A DNA stretch of 64,000 bases from assembly GCA_046540255.1 (NCBI GenBank), contig JBKHFJ010000006.1:6625-70624 (forward strand), read 5' to 3'. Below are positions 1 to 12,574 of the stretch, in pieces (the first letter of the stretch is position 1; each line of letters opens with the position of its first letter). Origin of the DNA: Methanomassiliicoccales archaeon (GTDB lineage Archaea > Thermoplasmatota > Thermoplasmata > Methanomassiliicoccales > JAAEEP01). The notes beneath the pieces were generated by a model. That model did no database searches, was not told the origin of the DNA, and saw only the letters and a program-made list of their open reading frames with translations. The position numbers and the translations under genes are program-made.

Positions 1-2
1 TG

Positions 3-602
3 GGACCGGTCATAGGCGGGGAGGTCTCCGACCGGCTGGGCAGGAGAAAGGTGATGCTCCTGGCCATCGGGTCCAGGGCGGTCGCCTTCGCCTTGGTGGC
101 CCTGGTCATCATGACCGATTCGAACTTCCTGGCCATCTCCGCTTCGGTGGTGATCGGCTGGCTGGTGGGCTCCCTGTTCCAGCCGGCCGCGAAGGCCATG
201 ATCGCGGGCGTGGTGGAGCCTGGAAAGCGGTTGGAGGCGTTCGGCTTCCTGTACTCGATCAACGGGGACATGGTCGCCCTCCTGGCCCTGTGCATGATCA
301 CCATCACCACGGCAGAGACCACGGTGTCCCCCTCCTCCATGAACCTGGTGGCCAACCCGTCCTCGGAGGATTCCAGAGGCAGGTACATGGGCGTCTTCAC
401 CTTCTTCACCGCCTCCGGATGGGCGGCCGGGCCCTTCATCGGGGGCCTCCTGATGGACGGCCTGGTGGGCCTGCCCGCGCTCCTCTGGGGCCCGAGGGCC
501 TGCTTCGGGATACTGGGAGCGCTGGGCTACACTTTCCGGGGGAGGAGGATGCCCAGGCAGGTGGACCGCTCGCTCACCGGGCTGGCGGATGGCAACGGTT
601 AA
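3..602 (+). pseudogene. MFS transporter (MdtH-like), 5' end outside window, apparently internally deleted
   Basis: The frame is open from base 3 and reads GPVIGGEVSDRLGRRKV (MFS motif A). After LEAFG it jumps to FLYSING and then to the RGRYMG late-helix motif, so several helices appear missing. Confidence 0.6.
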
Positions 603-628
603 GTCCCTTTCCCGCCTCATAATACCGG

Positions 629-1366
629 ATGAAGATCATCGGTGTGATGACCGAGGACTTCCGCCACTTCCATCGGCTGGTCCAGTCCCTGAAGGGAAGA
701 GGACAGCCCTTTGTCTCCCTGGGATTCGGCGATCCCGTGCCCCCCTCGGTGGGGGTCATCATCACCACCGAGGCCGAGAGGGACCGGGTGGATTTCCCCC
801 GGGTGGTCGCGGAGGCGGAGGCGGAGGCGGCCATCGATCTCGCCCTGACCGTGCTGAGAGGAGGGGAGAGGTTCAAGAGGGTGGTGATGGGCATCGATCC
901 CGGGATAAGGCCGGGAATGGCCGTGCTGGCCGACGGCAAGCTGGTCCTGGAGAGGATCGTCCGCACCCCGGAGGAGGTGTCCCAGGAGATCTCCGGGTTC
1001 GTGGCCCACGTGGGGTTCTCCACACTGCTGGTGAGGATCGGTCACGGCGACCCCACCAACCGGGACCGCACCATCCGGGCCATCTGGGACCTGGTGGAGA
1101 ACATCGAGGTGGTGGACGAGACCTCCACCACTGTCCAGGACAGCGTCCCCGACCTGAGGGCGGCCAGGAGCATCGCCCAGACCCGGGGGGAGCCGGTGGT
1201 GAGGAAGCCCCAGGTCTCCCCCAAGACGGGGGAGATACGGAACATCCAGAGGCTGAGCAGGGTGGAGAGCGCCGGTCGGGTGACCATCTCCTACCACCTG
1301 GCGGAGGCGGTGGCCAAGGGGGAGATGACGCTGAGGGAAGCGCTCAGGAGGCAGGGCTCAGCCTAG
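629..1366 (+). CDS. Conserved archaeal protein with RNase H-like (RuvC/YqgF-type) motif
   Basis: VVMGIDPG, RIGHG and VDETSTT motifs; typical codon usage. Confidence 0.6.
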   Translation: MKIIGVMTEDFRHFHRLVQSLKGRGQPFVSLGFGDPVPPSVGVIITTEAERDRVDFPRVVAEAEAEAAIDLALTVLRGGERFKRVVMGIDPGIRPGMAVLADGKLVLERIVRTPEEVSQEISGFVAHVGFSTLLVRIGHGDPTNRDRTIRAIWDLVENIEVVDETSTTVQDSVPDLRAARSIAQTRGEPVVRKPQVSPKTGEIRNIQRLSRVESAGRVTISYHLAEAVAKGEMTLREALRRQGSA

Positions 1367-2872
1367 CCTCTGGTAGGAGGGCATCTTGCTCAGCACCATC
1401 CCCTCGATGAGCACCGGGTCCAGCCGACGGGCGGCCTCCACCGCCCGCTTGAGCTTCGCGTCGTTGTCCGCGTGTATGGTGAACAGCGGCTCCCCCTTCT
1501 CCACGCTGTTCCCCCTCTTCTTATTCAGCACCAGGCCTGCCCCCTTGTCCTTGGGGGCGCCGGCCTGTCTGGCTATCTGGACGATCTTCCGGTTGTCTAT
1601 GCCGTTCACATAGCCCCCCCTGGGCGCCAGGAAGTCCTGGCTGAACGCCCCCACCCCGATGAGGTCGGAACTGATATCGGGATCGCCCCCCTGCGCCTCC
1701 ACGATCTCCCTGAACTTCTCCAGCGCCTTGCCAGATTCGAGTATCTCCCTGGCCCTCTCCTCGCCGTTGGCCACTCCTCCCATCTCCAGGAGCATGCCGG
1801 CCAGGCCCACCGACTTCTCGATCACGGAGGAGGGATGCTGCGCCCCCTCCAGGATGGATATGGCCTCCTTGGCCTCCAGGGCGGGACCCACCGCCCTCCC
1901 CACCGGCTGGCCGCCGTAGGTGATGGCGCACTCCACCTTCATACCCAACTTCTCCCCCAGGTCGATAAAGTCCCTGGCGTACCTGCGGGCGGACTCCATG
2001 TCCTCCACCTTGGTGCACGGCCCCATGGGTATGTCCATCACCAGGAAGTTGGCCCCCACCGCCTTCTTCTTGGACATCACCGAGGCCAGGAGCTGGGCGT
2101 GCGGGTCCACCCCCAGGGGGTACTCCACCCGGATGATGATGTCGTCCGCCGGGGCCAGGTTCATTGAGCCTCCCCATGCCAGCGTTCCGCCCACCGTCTC
2201 GGCGATCTTCTTGAGGCGGGAGGAGTCGAAGGCCACCGGGGAGAACACCTCCACGATGTCGGCGGTGCCGGCGGCGCTGCTGATGGCCCTGGAGGAGGTC
2301 TTGGGTATGGTCAGGCCGGCGGCGGCCACTATGGACACCACCACCGGGGTGACCTTGTTGCCCGGACAGCCCCCCACCGAGTGGAAGTCGAAGATGGCGG
2401 TGTCGAACTCGATGGTCTCCCCGGTCTCCACCATGGCCATGGTCAGGTCCGCCGTCTCCCTCAGGTTCATGCCGTTGATGTAGAGGGAGGTGACGTAGGC
2501 GGACATCTCCACCTGGGAGAGGTTGTGCTGGGAGATGTCGCTGACCAGGGAGCGGATCTCCTCGCTGGTCAGCTCCTCCCCCTTCATCTTCCTGCGGATG
2601 TAGGAGACCGACTCCGGCTTGGGGGTGTATATCACCTCCAGCTCCTCCCCCGACTCCACCTTTGCGACCGCGTAGGCCTTTCCCAGCAGTCCCACCTCCC
2701 CCCTCTTGACCGCCGAGTCGGTGGTCTGCAGGATGGCGGTGATCTCCGCCCTCTCGTGCTTGATCTTCACCCGGTCCTGCTCCCGGACCCCCAGCTCCTC
2801 GCAGTCGTCGTCGTGGAGCACGGCGGTGTACTCCCCGGCATCCATGTCGATGTACTTGGCCTTCAGGATCAT
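1358..2872 (-). CDS. deoA: AMP phosphorylase
   Basis: Double-psi N-terminal domain, HSVGGCPGNK and KTSSRAISSAAGTAD thymidine-phosphorylase motifs; ATG at 2872 overlaps the rbcL TGA. Confidence 0.93.
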   Translation of the reverse strand: MILKAKYIDMDAGEYTAVLHDDDCEELGVREQDRVKIKHERAEITAILQTTDSAVKRGEVGLLGKAYAVAKVESGEELEVIYTPKPESVSYIRRKMKGEELTSEEIRSLVSDISQHNLSQVEMSAYVTSLYINGMNLRETADLTMAMVETGETIEFDTAIFDFHSVGGCPGNKVTPVVVSIVAAAGLTIPKTSSRAISSAAGTADIVEVFSPVAFDSSRLKKIAETVGGTLAWGGSMNLAPADDIIIRVEYPLGVDPHAQLLASVMSKKKAVGANFLVMDIPMGPCTKVEDMESARRYARDFIDLGEKLGMKVECAITYGGQPVGRAVGPALEAKEAISILEGAQHPSSVIEKSVGLAGMLLEMGGVANGEERAREILESGKALEKFREIVEAQGGDPDISSDLIGVGAFSQDFLAPRGGYVNGIDNRKIVQIARQAGAPKDKGAGLVLNKKRGNSVEKGEPLFTIHADNDAKLKRAVEAARRLDPVLIEGMVLSKMPSYQRLG

Positions 2873-4131
2873 TCCCTTCCCCACCTATGCAGCGCCTTCT
2901 CCAGCTCGGGGTGGTCGGAGGCGTACTCCTCCAGGGGCACGCCCAGAGAGGCGGCGTCCACCGCCTGGGAGAGGGCCATGGCCCCCGCCCTCACGCCTTC
3001 GGGATGGCCGGCCACTCCCCCGCCGGCCTGCACCTGTATGTCCTTTCCGGCTATGCGCACCAGCTCCGGGACCATGCCCGGATGGAGCCCCCCGGAGCAG
3101 ACGGAGAGGGTGGGCTTGAGGGAACCCATCTCCCCCACGCAGGCCTCCTGGTTGGACAGGTCCTCTTCCGGATCCCCCCTCATCTTGCCCACGCCGAAGG
3201 TGCCCACGTGCAGCGCATCGCCCCCGGACATCCTCACCAGCTTGGCGAACACCCGCATCGCTATCCCGTGGCGCGGGTCCCTGGTGATGGCCCCGTGCAT
3301 GGTCCTGTGCACGTGGATGGGCAGCTTGATGGACGGATCCTCGGCCAGCACCTGGATGGCGGCGAAGCCCGAGGTGAGCACGTCCACCATCAGCTCGGTC
3401 GCCCCCATCCCCTGGGCCCTCTCCGCCACCTGCAGTATGCGGTCGGCCCGGGAGGAGATGTTGATGGCGTGCATCATCCGGTGCCCGGTCTCCTCCCTCA
3501 CCCGGTCGATGGCGTCGGCGATGGCCGGGACCCTGTCCTCCAGGGGGCAGAAGTCCTGGTCCACCAGGGTCTCGTCGTCCTTGGCATGGGTGAGGCCGCC
3601 CATGCCGGCCTCGTACACGTACTCGGCCGTCTTCTCGGGGGAGAGCCCGATCTTCGGCTTGACGATTGTGCCCACCATGGGATTCTCCGGCCGGTTGAGC
3701 ATCCTCCTCATGCCCTCGATGCCGAACTTGGGCCCCCTGAACTCTTCCACGAAGTCCTCCGGGAACTCCACGTCCTCCAGCCGCACCCCACGAAGGGCGT
3801 CCAGTCCGAACAGGTTCCCGGCGATCACGCTCAGTATCTGGGGGATGCCCCCCACCCCGAGGCTGAAGTCCTCCACCGGGTAGGCCACCACCGCCTGGTC
3901 CCCCTGTATGTCCACCACCTTGGCGCTCAGCCTTTCGAAGGTCTCCCGGTCCAGGGTGGTTATCCCCGTCCAGGTGCCCGTGGACTGCTCGGTGGCCACC
4001 GCCGCCGCGGCCTTCTCCATGGGCAACTCGCTCGTTATCCTGTACCTGCAGACGACGTTTCGATCCAAATCAACTTCCTCGCCCAGATGAAGATACTCGT
4101 TGGAATATTCCATAACATCACGCTCTATCAT
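2869..4131 (-). CDS. rbcL: RuBisCO form III
   Basis: TEQSTGTW, GNLFG, KPKIG, KDDE, HVHRTMH, LHVGT, GKM, SGG and AGGG motifs. The start could be 4113 instead. Confidence 0.93.
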   Translation of the reverse strand: MIERDVMEYSNEYLHLGEEVDLDRNVVCRYRITSELPMEKAAAAVATEQSTGTWTGITTLDRETFERLSAKVVDIQGDQAVVAYPVEDFSLGVGGIPQILSVIAGNLFGLDALRGVRLEDVEFPEDFVEEFRGPKFGIEGMRRMLNRPENPMVGTIVKPKIGLSPEKTAEYVYEAGMGGLTHAKDDETLVDQDFCPLEDRVPAIADAIDRVREETGHRMMHAINISSRADRILQVAERAQGMGATELMVDVLTSGFAAIQVLAEDPSIKLPIHVHRTMHGAITRDPRHGIAMRVFAKLVRMSGGDALHVGTFGVGKMRGDPEEDLSNQEACVGEMGSLKPTLSVCSGGLHPGMVPELVRIAGKDIQVQAGGGVAGHPEGVRAGAMALSQAVDAASLGVPLEEYASDHPELEKALHRWGRE

Positions 4132-5053
4132 TCTCGAATATGAACTCCTGTCCCAACTGCCTGACGATGACCTCGTAGGCCGCGAAGGGGGGTATCACCC
4201 CTATCTCGGTCACTATCGAGTCGATGTACTCGGGGGGAGTGGCGTCGAACACCGGGTTCCAGATCCTCACACCATCCGGCACCTGGCCCCCGTCCAGCAC
4301 CTCTCCCGGATCCCTCTCCTCGATGTCCACCAGCTCCCCCTCCAGGGTGTGGGGGGAGAACTTGAAGGTCTCGGTGCACACCATGAAGGGCACCCTGGTC
4401 TCATGCGCCACAAGGGCGATCTGGGAGGTGCCGATCTTGTTGATCACCGCCCCGTTGGAGGCCACCGTGTCCGCCCCCACCAGCACGGCGTCCACCTCCT
4501 TCATGACCAGGCGGACGGCGCTGTCCACGATGAAGGTGGTGGATATGCCCTCCTTCGACAGCTCCTCGATGGTGATCAGCCCCTGCCTCCAGGGCCTGGA
4601 CTCGGTGGCGTACACCTCGATGTCCTTCCCGGACTGATGGGCGCTCTTGATCACGCTCAGCGCCACGCTGCTGTTGCAGTGCGTCAGCACCCGGTCCCCG
4701 TCCCTCAGGCGGCGGCCCCCTATGCGGCCGATGCGCTCCTTGGCCTCCTCCGCCCTGCGGATGAAACCCTCGGCGTTCCCGGCGATCAGCTCCCTGATCC
4801 CGTCGACCGAGGAGGGGCCGTCCAGTCCCCGGGTGACCGCGTGCACCCCGTTCCACAGGGCCACCGCGGTGGGCCGGGAATCCAGCAGGGTCTGGCCCCC
4901 CTCCCTCAGTAGGGACCTCAGTTCCTCCGGATCCCTTCCCTGGTACCCCTCGGCGAGGTCCCGCAGGGCCCGGGCGGCGTGCACGGCGATGCGTCCCGCC
5001 CCCCGCACCTCCATCGATCTGATGGACTCCGCCGTCTCCTGAACTCCCATCAT
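4118..5053 (-). CDS. e2b2: Ribose-1,5-bisphosphate isomerase (eIF2B-like)
   Basis: MEVRGA, SRPTAV, LTHCNS, ESRP, GAD and NKIGT motifs, directly upstream of rbcL. Start inferred from TATA spacing (ORF open to 5071). Confidence 0.92.
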   Translation of the reverse strand: MMGVQETAESIRSMEVRGAGRIAVHAARALRDLAEGYQGRDPEELRSLLREGGQTLLDSRPTAVALWNGVHAVTRGLDGPSSVDGIRELIAGNAEGFIRRAEEAKERIGRIGGRRLRDGDRVLTHCNSSVALSVIKSAHQSGKDIEVYATESRPWRQGLITIEELSKEGISTTFIVDSAVRLVMKEVDAVLVGADTVASNGAVINKIGTSQIALVAHETRVPFMVCTETFKFSPHTLEGELVDIEERDPGEVLDGGQVPDGVRIWNPVFDATPPEYIDSIVTEIGVIPPFAAYEVIVRQLGQEFIFENDRA

Positions 5054-5075
5054 CACCACTCTATGCCCCATCCCT

Positions 5076-5090
5076 GATGATAAAACTTGG
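5076..5090 (-). promoter_or_regulatory. Probable TATA box of the AMP-salvage operon
   Basis: Minus-strand AGTTTTATCA about 30 nt upstream of the ATG at 5053, just after the ligA stop. Confidence 0.45.
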
Positions 5091-5091
5091 C

Positions 5092-8885
<3,794 letters not shown>

Positions 8886-8956
8886 TCCTTGGTCGGTTGG
8901 ATGGATAAGGATATTAAATACCGGGTTCAGATAAGGAAGGGCTCAGAGGGTTTCAG

Positions 8957-10207
8957 ATGAACGGTAGCAACCCGTACGATGTGGTCTGCGGGCAGGTGGA
9001 CAGGATAGGGGAGCGACTGGGGGTGGAAGAGGGGATGATCGAGCTCCTGAAGCGCCCCACCAGGGAGCTGAAGGTGAACTTCCCGGTGAAGATGGACAAC
9101 GGGGACATCAGGGTCCTCAGCGGGTTCCGGGTGCAGCACAACCTGGCCCGGGGACCGACCAAGGGGGGAATCAGGTTCCACCAGAGCGTCAGCATCGACG
9201 AGGTGAGGGCCCTGGCCATGCTCATGACCTGGAAGTGCGCGGTGGTCGGCCTCCCCTACGGAGGGGCGAAGGGGGGCGTGATCATCAACCCCAAGATGTA
9301 CAGCCAGGGGGAGCTGGAGAGGGTGACCAGGCGTTTCACCCAGGAGATCTCGTTCATGATCGGTCCCAAGGTGGACATCCCCGCCCCCGACGTCTACACC
9401 ACCGCTCAGCACATGGCGTGGATGATGGACACCTACAGCATGAGGGAGGGGCACTCCGTGCCCGAGGTGGTGACCGGGAAGCCGGTGGAGGTGGGCGGCT
9501 CGGCCGGCAGGGACGAGGCCACCTCCAGGGGCCTCACGTACTGCGTCAGGGAGGCCGCCAGCGTGCGGGAGATGGATCTGAAGGGGGCCACCGTCGCCGT
9601 CCAGGGATACGGGAACGTGGGATGGAACGCGGCCAGGCTCCTGCAGGACGAGTTCGGTTGCAGGATCGTCGGGGCCAGCGATTCGCTGGGGGGCGTCAGG
9701 GACATGGACGGTATGGACGCCCACTCCCTGCACGATTTCAAGATGAAGACCGGTTCGGTGATGGACTTCGACGACGCCGAATGCATCACTAACGAGGAGC
9801 TCCTGGAGAGCGAGGTCGACGTCCTCATCCCGGCCGCCCTGGAGAACGTGATCACCAGCCGGAACGCCGACAGGATCTCCGCCAAGATCGTGGCCGAGGG
9901 GGCCAACGGGCCCACCTCACCGGAGGCGGACCGTATCATGGTGGACAACGGCATCCTGGTGATACCGGACATATTGGCCAATTCCGGCGGGGTGACGGTG
10001 AGCTACTTTGAGTGGGTGCAGGGCATACAGCATTTCTTCTGGTCGCTGGAGGAGATCAAGGAGCGGCTGAACGCCATCATGGTCAAGGCCTTCTACCGGG
10101 TGTACACCGAAAGTCAGAATGAGGATACGGACCTCCGGGACGCCGCCCATCTCCTGTCGATGAGGGAGGTGCTCCGGGCGATCGAGCTCCGGGGGATCTT
10201 TCCCTGA
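8957..10207 (+). CDS. gdhA: Glutamate dehydrogenase (Glu/Leu/Phe/Val family)
   Basis: GPTKGGIR, GGAKGG, DIPAPD, QGYGNVG and EGANGP motifs. Confidence 0.93.
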   Translation: MNGSNPYDVVCGQVDRIGERLGVEEGMIELLKRPTRELKVNFPVKMDNGDIRVLSGFRVQHNLARGPTKGGIRFHQSVSIDEVRALAMLMTWKCAVVGLPYGGAKGGVIINPKMYSQGELERVTRRFTQEISFMIGPKVDIPAPDVYTTAQHMAWMMDTYSMREGHSVPEVVTGKPVEVGGSAGRDEATSRGLTYCVREAASVREMDLKGATVAVQGYGNVGWNAARLLQDEFGCRIVGASDSLGGVRDMDGMDAHSLHDFKMKTGSVMDFDDAECITNEELLESEVDVLIPAALENVITSRNADRISAKIVAEGANGPTSPEADRIMVDNGILVIPDILANSGGVTVSYFEWVQGIQHFFWSLEEIKERLNAIMVKAFYRVYTESQNEDTDLRDAAHLLSMREVLRAIELRGIFP

Positions 10208-10212
10208 GGTCC

Positions 10213-11343
10213 ATGATCGACATCGAGTTCTCGCGCCCCCTGAGCGGGGAGGAGGTGCTCCACGGCCTGATGGTCGCCGCCCAGAAGGAGGGACTGACCG
10301 TGCGGTACCTGCCGGTGAGCGTGACCTACGCCGGCACCAGGGTCGAGGAGAGACGCTTCACCGCCATCTCCCTCCCCCTGTCCAGGGGCTGCGCCACCCT
10401 GCTGGCGGGAGAGGTGGACGATCTGATGGCCGACCGGGAGTACCGGGAGGTCTCCCTGGACCTTCCCGAGCTTGATGGGGAGGAGAGGGAAGCCTTGGAG
10501 AAGGTCCTGCGGAACCTGGAATCGAACGCCGAACTGCCTCCTCCCCCGCCCCCGTCGGAGAAGGGCCCCCAGATCCCGGAGTACGCCCCTCCACCGGTGG
10601 GGGACCTCTCCGAGGCCTACAGGGTGCTGGTGACGGTTCAGGGGGAGTACGGCGAGAGGATCATGGAGCACCTGGAGGAGATGGCCCCACCGCACTGGGA
10701 GCTGAACAGGCTGGACCTGCCGGCGGAGCTGCCTCCGGTGGTGGACCATCCGGAGGAGTACCTTCCGGAGGACCTGCAGGAGGCGGACCTGGTCCTTCTC
10801 CTGTCAGAGGATCCCAACACCGGCCAGCTGGCCCCGGACCTGGTCCGAAGGAGCGGCGCCAAGGGGCTCATCGCCCCCATCGACCGGGGGGAGTGGCTCC
10901 CCTTCGGGCAGGTCAACCAGATCAAGAGGCAGCTGGACAGGTGGGGGGTGGAGCACGCCTTTCCCCGCCCCTTCTGCGCCCTGGAGGGTCAGGGGGATCC
11001 GGTGGTGGACGAGTTCGCCTCCCGATTCGGCCGGCCGGCGGTATCCATCGAGAACGATGGGAAGAGGGTGACCTCGGTGGAGGTGAATAGGGGCTCACCC
11101 TGCGGTTGCACCGAGTTCGTGGCCTCCCATCTGGAGGGGGAGAGGCTGGACGAGGCGGTGGAGAAGGCCGGTCTCCTGCACCACCACTACCCCTGCCTGG
11201 CCTCCATGGAGAGGGAGAGGGACCTGGACGACACCCTCATGCACGCCTCGGGCTTTCTCACCAAGCAGTGTGTGGAGCGGGAGGTGAAGCCCCACATCAG
11301 GAAGAGGGCGGGATACCTCGACCCGAGACAGTTCAAGAGATGA
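10213..11343 (+). CDS. DUF166-family protein with extra N-terminal domain and Pro-rich linker
   Basis: C-terminal part has PRPFCAL, GSPCGCT and HHYPCLASM motifs. Confidence 0.7.
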   Translation: MIDIEFSRPLSGEEVLHGLMVAAQKEGLTVRYLPVSVTYAGTRVEERRFTAISLPLSRGCATLLAGEVDDLMADREYREVSLDLPELDGEEREALEKVLRNLESNAELPPPPPPSEKGPQIPEYAPPPVGDLSEAYRVLVTVQGEYGERIMEHLEEMAPPHWELNRLDLPAELPPVVDHPEEYLPEDLQEADLVLLLSEDPNTGQLAPDLVRRSGAKGLIAPIDRGEWLPFGQVNQIKRQLDRWGVEHAFPRPFCALEGQGDPVVDEFASRFGRPAVSIENDGKRVTSVEVNRGSPCGCTEFVASHLEGERLDEAVEKAGLLHHHYPCLASMERERDLDDTLMHASGFLTKQCVEREVKPHIRKRAGYLDPRQFKR

Positions 11344-11427
11344 GCCACTGTCCAGAGGTCTGGGACTTCGAAAGTAATAAATATCCCCGAATTGTTCAAT
11401 TCACGGGTAGTTACAGGGGGTCGTTCA

Positions 11428-11709
11428 TTGGCAGAGGAAAACACAGTATACATTGGAAAGAAACCAACCATGAACTACGTGCTGGCGGTGGTCACCCAGT
11501 TCAACAGCGGCTCCTCCGACGTCATCATCAAGGCGAGAGGAAGGGCCATCAGCAGGGCGGTGGACGTCGCGGAGATCGTCAGACACAGGTTCGTGCACGA
11601 CGCGGAAGTGAAGGATATCCAGATCCAGACCGAGCAGCTCTCCGGGGAGGGCGGCAGCAACGCAAACGTCTCCTCCATGGAGATCTACATGCACAAGGAG
11701 CAGCCATAA
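11428..11709 (+). CDS. albA: DNA/RNA-binding protein Alba
   Basis: VYIGKKP.MNYV and [16 protein letters not shown]; TTG start at 11428. Confidence 0.96.
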   Translation: MAEENTVYIGKKPTMNYVLAVVTQFNSGSSDVIIKARGRAISRAVDVAEIVRHRFVHDAEVKDIQIQTEQLSGEGGSNANVSSMEIYMHKEQP

Positions 11710-11763
11710 GCGATTTCTTGGTGTTGTCAGGATCCGCTGGGATTACAAGCGGTGGCTGGACGT

Positions 11764-12477
11764 TCACAGCTGATTCTCTATCTCGTTCTCCAGGTTCAGC
11801 CTGTCCCTCTCCTCCAGGACATCTGACTGGTACGGGATCAGCATGATCGACCCGTTGATGGTGACCCGGTCCTTCATCGACTGGACGAAGCGGAGTACCT
11901 TGGAGAAATCGTTGTGGGTCACCAGGTAGTAGAGCCCACCGAAGAGCAGGACCCTCTGCCCCTCCCCTCCCAGGAAGTTGACTATCATGGTGGTAAGGCT
12001 CTCCAGGCTGTTGGGTGAGACGCACACCACCTCCCCCGGGAACTGGGACTCCGGCAGCTCCGTCTTGGTCAGCCAGACCACCTTCCCCTGGAAGCCGAAG
12101 TGGTTCCGGATCTTCCCCGGCTCCATGCGGTGCACGCACAGCCCCTCCGCACCCTGTTCCACCAGCCGGTTGAACAGCCCGAAGGCCCTGTCCGGGGAGG
12201 GATCATCGATCAGGTAGGCGTTGCCGGGTCGGACCTGGCTGACCCTCTCCTTTTCCCTGGCCTCGTCCTCAAGGGTGATCCCCAGCAGGTTCTCCACCTC
12301 CTCCTGCTTGGAGGCGACCTTCTGGGAGAGCTTCATCCTCTCGCTCTTGGCCAGTATCCTTATCTCGCTGGATTGGTATCCCTTGTTGGTCAGCCTCATT
12401 AGGTCTTCCCAGGCGTCCTTCATGCCCTCCTCGTATCCCCGGAGGTACTCCCTGAGCAGATCTTTCCTTTCCGACAA
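11764..12477 (-). CDS. DUF835 domain protein (inactivated KaiC-like fold) with N-terminal helical segment
   Basis: GNAYLI, VVWLT, VSPNSL, LLFGGLYYLVTHNDF and MKD pattern. Confidence 0.7.
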   Translation of the reverse strand: MSERKDLLREYLRGYEEGMKDAWEDLMRLTNKGYQSSEIRILAKSERMKLSQKVASKQEEVENLLGITLEDEAREKERVSQVRPGNAYLIDDPSPDRAFGLFNRLVEQGAEGLCVHRMEPGKIRNHFGFQGKVVWLTKTELPESQFPGEVVCVSPNSLESLTTMIVNFLGGEGQRVLLFGGLYYLVTHNDFSKVLRFVQSMKDRVTINGSIMLIPYQSDVLEERDRLNLENEIENQL

Positions 12478-12574
12478 TCCGACCCTCCCACCTTCATACG
12501 GGTCACTCTGATAAAACTACTTCGTCCGGTTACCTGGAATCCACACCGGAAAAAGGTTATTACCCCCCTTCACT

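Noticed and set aside
2869-4131. RuBisCO-like protein (form IV) of methionine salvage
   Set aside because: The catalytic motif set is intact and the neighbours are AMP phosphorylase and R15P isomerase.
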